Notes under the pieces: model-generated
What the model saw: only the letters and a program-made list of their open reading frames with translations
Databases searched by the model: none
What the model was told of the DNA's origin: nothing
Assembly (NCBI GenBank): GCA_964544275.1
Contig: CAZIZX010000003.1
Coordinates: 107,705-171,704, forward strand
Direction: 5' to 3'
DNA from: an uncultured Gammaproteobacteria bacterium
GTDB taxonomy: Bacteria; Patescibacteriota; Microgenomatia; UBA12405
DNA length: 64,000 bases
Made by a program: the position numbers and the translations under genes
Shown here: positions 60,470 to 64,000 of the stretch, one piece after another
Position numbering within the stretch: position 1 is the stretch's first letter
Layout: every line of letters starts with the position of its first letter

Positions 60470-62041
60470 CAAAACGGAACACTCAGGGTGTGAAGAAGCA
60501 TAATAATCGGAAACTTTCGTTAAATCATACTGTTCGAAAATCTTATCACCAGAATCTATCAAATTACCTAAATTCGAACTATTGGTTTGTTTTGCCAAAC
60601 TTTTAACCAATTTATATTCATCATCTAATTTAAAAATAACTTTCTCCCCATCAAGCTCCAATTCCTTAAAAGCCATTCTCATTAATTCTCGTCTTTTACT
60701 TGGTTCTTTATTATTTTTATATTTTTCTTCTCCACTTTGAGCCATTTCGTATAATGTCGCTCTTTTATTTTGTCCTTCGGTTGTTGCTTTTGTGTGTTTG
60801 GCAATATCTTTATCTAAACTAGACAATTCATCAGAAAATTCTTTAAATTTTTGATTATAGTAAGCCTCAGTAATTTTTCCATCAATTTTATCTACATAAA
60901 TCACATCTAATCTCTTCTTTAATATCTGTCTTTGTTTTTCTAGTTTTTCTATACTCTCCAAATAAAAATCGCTTTCCATTTTATGGCTCTCTTTTAATGC
61001 TTTACCTAGCCAAACCATCAATCTTGGATTATCTATTCTGAAAGTAGCTAATTCTTTAATTAACTGATCATTAACCTTTTCTTCTTTTGTCCATTTTTTA
61101 AAATTACAGTCATTTCTTTGGTTACAATGTCCATAAACAAATCCCTTATGTTGTTCCCAAGTAATCATTTTTTTACAATGAGAACAAACAAACATACTTC
61201 TAAAAGTGTAATCATGATGAGTATAGTAAGGAGTAGTTTTTGATTTTAATATTCTTCCAACTTTATAAAAAGTTTCTTCATCAATTAAAGGTTCCTGTTT
61301 TCCAACATATTCCACCTTATTCCAAGTCAATTTTCCAATATAAAAAGGATCAGTCAATAAAGTATGGATTCGACTTTTATGAACCTTTCCACCTTGGCTA
61401 CTTTTCAACCCAAATCTTTTCATTCGATCAACTAATTTTTCCAAAGAGTAATCGCCAGTCGCATAAAGCTCAAACATTTTTTTAATCAATGGAGCCATTT
61501 GTTCGTCTAATACATGAATTTTGTGTCCTTTATCTCCAATGGTTTTATATCCATAGGGTGGGGTAGTTGGGAGCCAACCTTGTTTAATTTTTTCCTTTTG
61601 TCCTTTTTTAACTTCTTCGCTTAAATTATCTAAATAATATTGAGCCGTTGTTACTTTAATTCCCCAAATAAATTTATCATTTGATCGGGAGTTTTTATGT
61701 AAAACAAAATTCTCCTTTACAAAATGAACCTGTTTTTCTTCATCATCTTCAATCCAATTATTAATCGCCACCGCATCTCTCATATTTCTAGTTAAACGAT
61801 CAGTTTTCTCAACCACCAAAATTTTTATTTTACTTTTATTCAAATAATCCAACATCTCCAAAAACATTTTTCTCTGTTTATGACCACCAGCCGATTCTGA
61901 TAATGAAAATATTTTCTCTGATTCAAATCCCTTATTCTGACAATATTCATTCAAAAGTTTTTCCTGAGAGGGAAGAGAGTAACCAGTTTCTTCCTGTTCT
62001 TTACTCGATACTCTACAAAATAAAACTGCTTTCATATTCAT
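60431..62041 (-). CDS. Large serine recombinase (integrase)
   Basis: CRVSSKEQ catalytic Ser, DRLTRN, PPYGY, PFYIG, EPLID recombinase domain, CSHC...C...C zinc ribbon, coiled coil. Confidence 0.93.
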   Translation of the reverse strand: MNMKAVLFCRVSSKEQEETGYSLPSQEKLLNEYCQNKGFESEKIFSLSESAGGHKQRKMFLEMLDYLNKSKIKILVVEKTDRLTRNMRDAVAINNWIEDDEEKQVHFVKENFVLHKNSRSNDKFIWGIKVTTAQYYLDNLSEEVKKGQKEKIKQGWLPTTPPYGYKTIGDKGHKIHVLDEQMAPLIKKMFELYATGDYSLEKLVDRMKRFGLKSSQGGKVHKSRIHTLLTDPFYIGKLTWNKVEYVGKQEPLIDEETFYKVGRILKSKTTPYYTHHDYTFRSMFVCSHCKKMITWEQHKGFVYGHCNQRNDCNFKKWTKEEKVNDQLIKELATFRIDNPRLMVWLGKALKESHKMESDFYLESIEKLEKQRQILKKRLDVIYVDKIDGKITEAYYNQKFKEFSDELSSLDKDIAKHTKATTEGQNKRATLYEMAQSGEEKYKNNKEPSKRRELMRMAFKELELDGEKVIFKLDDEYKLVKSLAKQTNSSNLGNLIDSGDKIFEQYDLTKVSDYYASSHPECSVLLPRVDSNHGPSD

Positions 62042-62096
62042 TTAAGTAAGTTTAATTTATTTAATTATAATGTCAAGTAATGTTAAGTTAGTAAAG

Positions 62097-62714
62097 CTAA
62101 ACTTTATACAACAATTCTTCTAAAATATAATCTTCAACATAGGGATTCAACATTCTTTTTTCAATACGGCGAATCCTCATATGTTTTTTAGTTAGTTTCC
62201 CTTTATATGTTCTTTTTCTCATTGTTTTTTCTATCTCATCAACTTTATTTCTTAGCAAAATTTCATTATAGGGATAACCTCTATAAGTCGGATTTTCATT
62301 TCTTGATTCATAAGTTAGGTTATAACAATGACGACAAGCAAAATAATCAGCTCCCTGATAAAGTTTTGCCACTCTATGACCGCAATAAACCCCATTTTTA
62401 GACAGGCTACATCTGAACCAATATCTTTTCCCTCCAAAGTGGCAATCAGTCGTCTCAATCGGTATCTTATATTCAAAATTATCTTTTTTACCAGAATCTC
62501 TCCTAGTGATTATATAGTCGAACTCGATATATTTTTCCTCTTCGGTTATATAAGTTCGAAAACTAATACTTCCTGTTTTTTCACCTCTACAACTCCATGT
62601 CAAAGTTCCCCAATGATTTCCTTCAGTTAAATAACCATGTTTTCTCAAATAATAAATACTGACCGTTTTAAGAGAATCAGCTACTAGTCGATCTGAATAA
62701 CTATATCTACCCAT
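62097..62714 (-). CDS. Hypothetical mobile-element protein with zinc-finger-like motif
   Basis: CHFGGKRYWFRC...CGHRVAKLY...FACRHCYNLTYES. Confidence 0.7.
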   Translation of the reverse strand: MGRYSYSDRLVADSLKTVSIYYLRKHGYLTEGNHWGTLTWSCRGEKTGSISFRTYITEEEKYIEFDYIITRRDSGKKDNFEYKIPIETTDCHFGGKRYWFRCSLSKNGVYCGHRVAKLYQGADYFACRHCYNLTYESRNENPTYRGYPYNEILLRNKVDEIEKTMRKRTYKGKLTKKHMRIRRIEKRMLNPYVEDYILEELLYKV

Positions 62715-62878
62715 ATTTTTCTACATAACCGAAATAATTAAAGATAGAGCGATTTAATTCCTCTTTTAAACCTGAATTAAGACAGTCTAATATAGTAACT
62801 TTTATAAATACTTTACTTAAAGGAACAATAAAGTAACTATATAGAGTTACTATATAAAGATACTTTAAAAGTAACTGT

Positions 62879-63235
62879 TCACATTTTATCAATTGCTTCA
62901 TAATCCTCCTCAGTTAAATCGGTCTTAGGTGATAAAGAATCCTCTTTGTCTTTTAAATATTTATAAGCTCGATAAATTTTTTCTTGAACGGAATTATATA
63001 AATCGAGGTCATCGATAAAAACCAATTCTCTCCATTTTCCATAAGCATTATATGAAGGGGATTGAATCCAAACCTTATCTTGAAAAATCTCGTGGATTTT
63101 ATTTGAATTGAGAATCTTCCAGCCATGTTCTTCCCAAGTGTCAAAAAGAATTACAGTTGCTTGAGCCAATATCGTCGCAGAGGAATTTAATTTGATTTTT
63201 ATTTTTATGTCAGACGGATCAATTTTCATTTTCAT
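62879..63235 (-). CDS. Hypothetical protein, weakly SpoVG-like
   Basis: LAQATVIL...GWKI...WIQSPS...KW...IYRAY layout. Confidence 0.5.
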   Translation of the reverse strand: MKMKIDPSDIKIKIKLNSSATILAQATVILFDTWEEHGWKILNSNKIHEIFQDKVWIQSPSYNAYGKWRELVFIDDLDLYNSVQEKIYRAYKYLKDKEDSLSPKTDLTEEDYEAIDKM

Positions 63236-63292
63236 AATTATTTTTTTAAAGATTAATTTTCTAGGTTCATAAACTTAATAAAACTTGATTTT

Positions 63293-63460
63293 TTACCTCT
63301 TTGACCAAGGTCTAAATTTATAAAGTGAGCAACCATTTAATTCGCAATCGATTTTCTTTTGACCACCCATACAATCAAAGCATTTTGACTTGATAGATTT
63401 TTCCATTTCTCTATGGCTTTTAATTATTGAGTATTTTGATGATGATTTAAGTTTTTTCAT
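63293..63460 (-). CDS. 55 aa Cys4 protein (below the ORF-track cutoff)
   Basis: Hand translation MKKLKSSSKYSIIKSHREMEKSIKSKCFDCMGGQKKIDCELNGCSLYKFRPWSKR*. Confidence 0.6.
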   Translation of the reverse strand: MKKLKSSSKYSIIKSHREMEKSIKSKCFDCMGGQKKIDCELNGCSLYKFRPWSKR

Positions 63461-63592
63461 TTTTGATTATTAATTTGTAAAAGTAATTGAAAATAGTTCA
63501 CTAAAAAATTAGCTAATTTGTTCAAACGATTTTGATCAAGTTCCAAATTGAACTCTTGTTTCAAAATCATTCCAAGCTCATCAACTAATTCT

Positions 63593-63844
63593 TTAGAAAC
63601 CACATTCCTCCCCATTCCCTAATCGGGATAAAAGTATTTTTCTTTGTTCGGAAAGTTGAATCGGTTCAACCCTCAATTCTCTTCTCCAAAAAGATTCTAT
63701 TAACTGATCTAAACCCTCTTCTCTTTTAAAGACAAATGCGGATTTTCTATCCGACAATTTCTCTATACAGTCGAGAGGATAAGAAAGGGAAATCACCACC
63801 GCCAAATTTAGGTCTGGGGTAGAAAAATATTCATTTAATTCCAT
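63593..63844 (-). CDS. Small hypothetical protein (DUF5659-like)
   Basis: FSTPDLNLAVVI...FVF...FW...LRVEP. Confidence 0.6.
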   Translation of the reverse strand: MELNEYFSTPDLNLAVVISLSYPLDCIEKLSDRKSAFVFKREEGLDQLIESFWRRELRVEPIQLSEQRKILLSRLGNGEECGF

Positions 63845-64000
63845 ATTAATTTAACTAATAATTAATATGGAGTTTATGGCTTACATACTGGTAAATATAT
63901 TACAAATGGCTTATTAAACAATTGTTTACTACATTAAGTGTTTGCCAATTTTTTCCGAGTTTTCCCATTTTTCCCAATTTTTGGAGGTCAATTTGATTAG

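Larger units (their letters stand above)
60431..64000 (-). mobile_element. Integrated element (prophage, satellite or genomic island), left end only
   Basis: Abrupt shift to AT-rich DNA right after tRNA-Asn; serine recombinase at the junction; small co-oriented phage-like ORFs. Confidence 0.8.

Noticed and set aside
62707-62901. 64 aa ORF in the element
   Set aside because: No recognisable motif; spans an AT-rich repeat-bearing gap; cannot be supported
63945-63983. Short TTTTCC(C) repeats at the window edge
   Set aside because: Three or four imperfect copies at the truncation point; may be the 3' end of an unseen ORF

Overview
Gene-dense 64 kb chromosomal segment from a reduced-genome bacterium, most likely Patescibacteria/CPR (Microgenomates-like; inferred from the divergent 16S, CPR-type pilins and ATPase, archaeal-type TIM and short PGK). 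Standard code 11. It holds tandem class A PBPs, a glycosyltransferase/MraY cluster, a rpiB-pgk-gap-rpe operon, recF, a stand-alone 16S rRNA gene, uppS, smpB-purF-ssrA, t6A genes (tsaD, tsaC-tsaE fusion), valS, trpS, rplY, a Xer-like recombinase, dnaG-rpoD, five tRNAs, and from ~60.4 kb the left end of an AT-rich element integrated at tRNA-Asn by a large serine recombinase. The strongest signal is a set of departures in the translation RNAs. The tmRNA has A3:U70/G73 instead of the G3.U70/A73 alanine identity and a 30-residue tag. tRNA-Tyr is of the archaeal type (C1:G72, no V-arm). There is a tRNA-Ile(UAU). The putative initiator tRNA has lost most initiator hallmarks. Many genes have a -10 box 5-7 nt before the start codon, i.e. 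leaderless architecture. All calls come from reading the sequence by eye; no searches were run.
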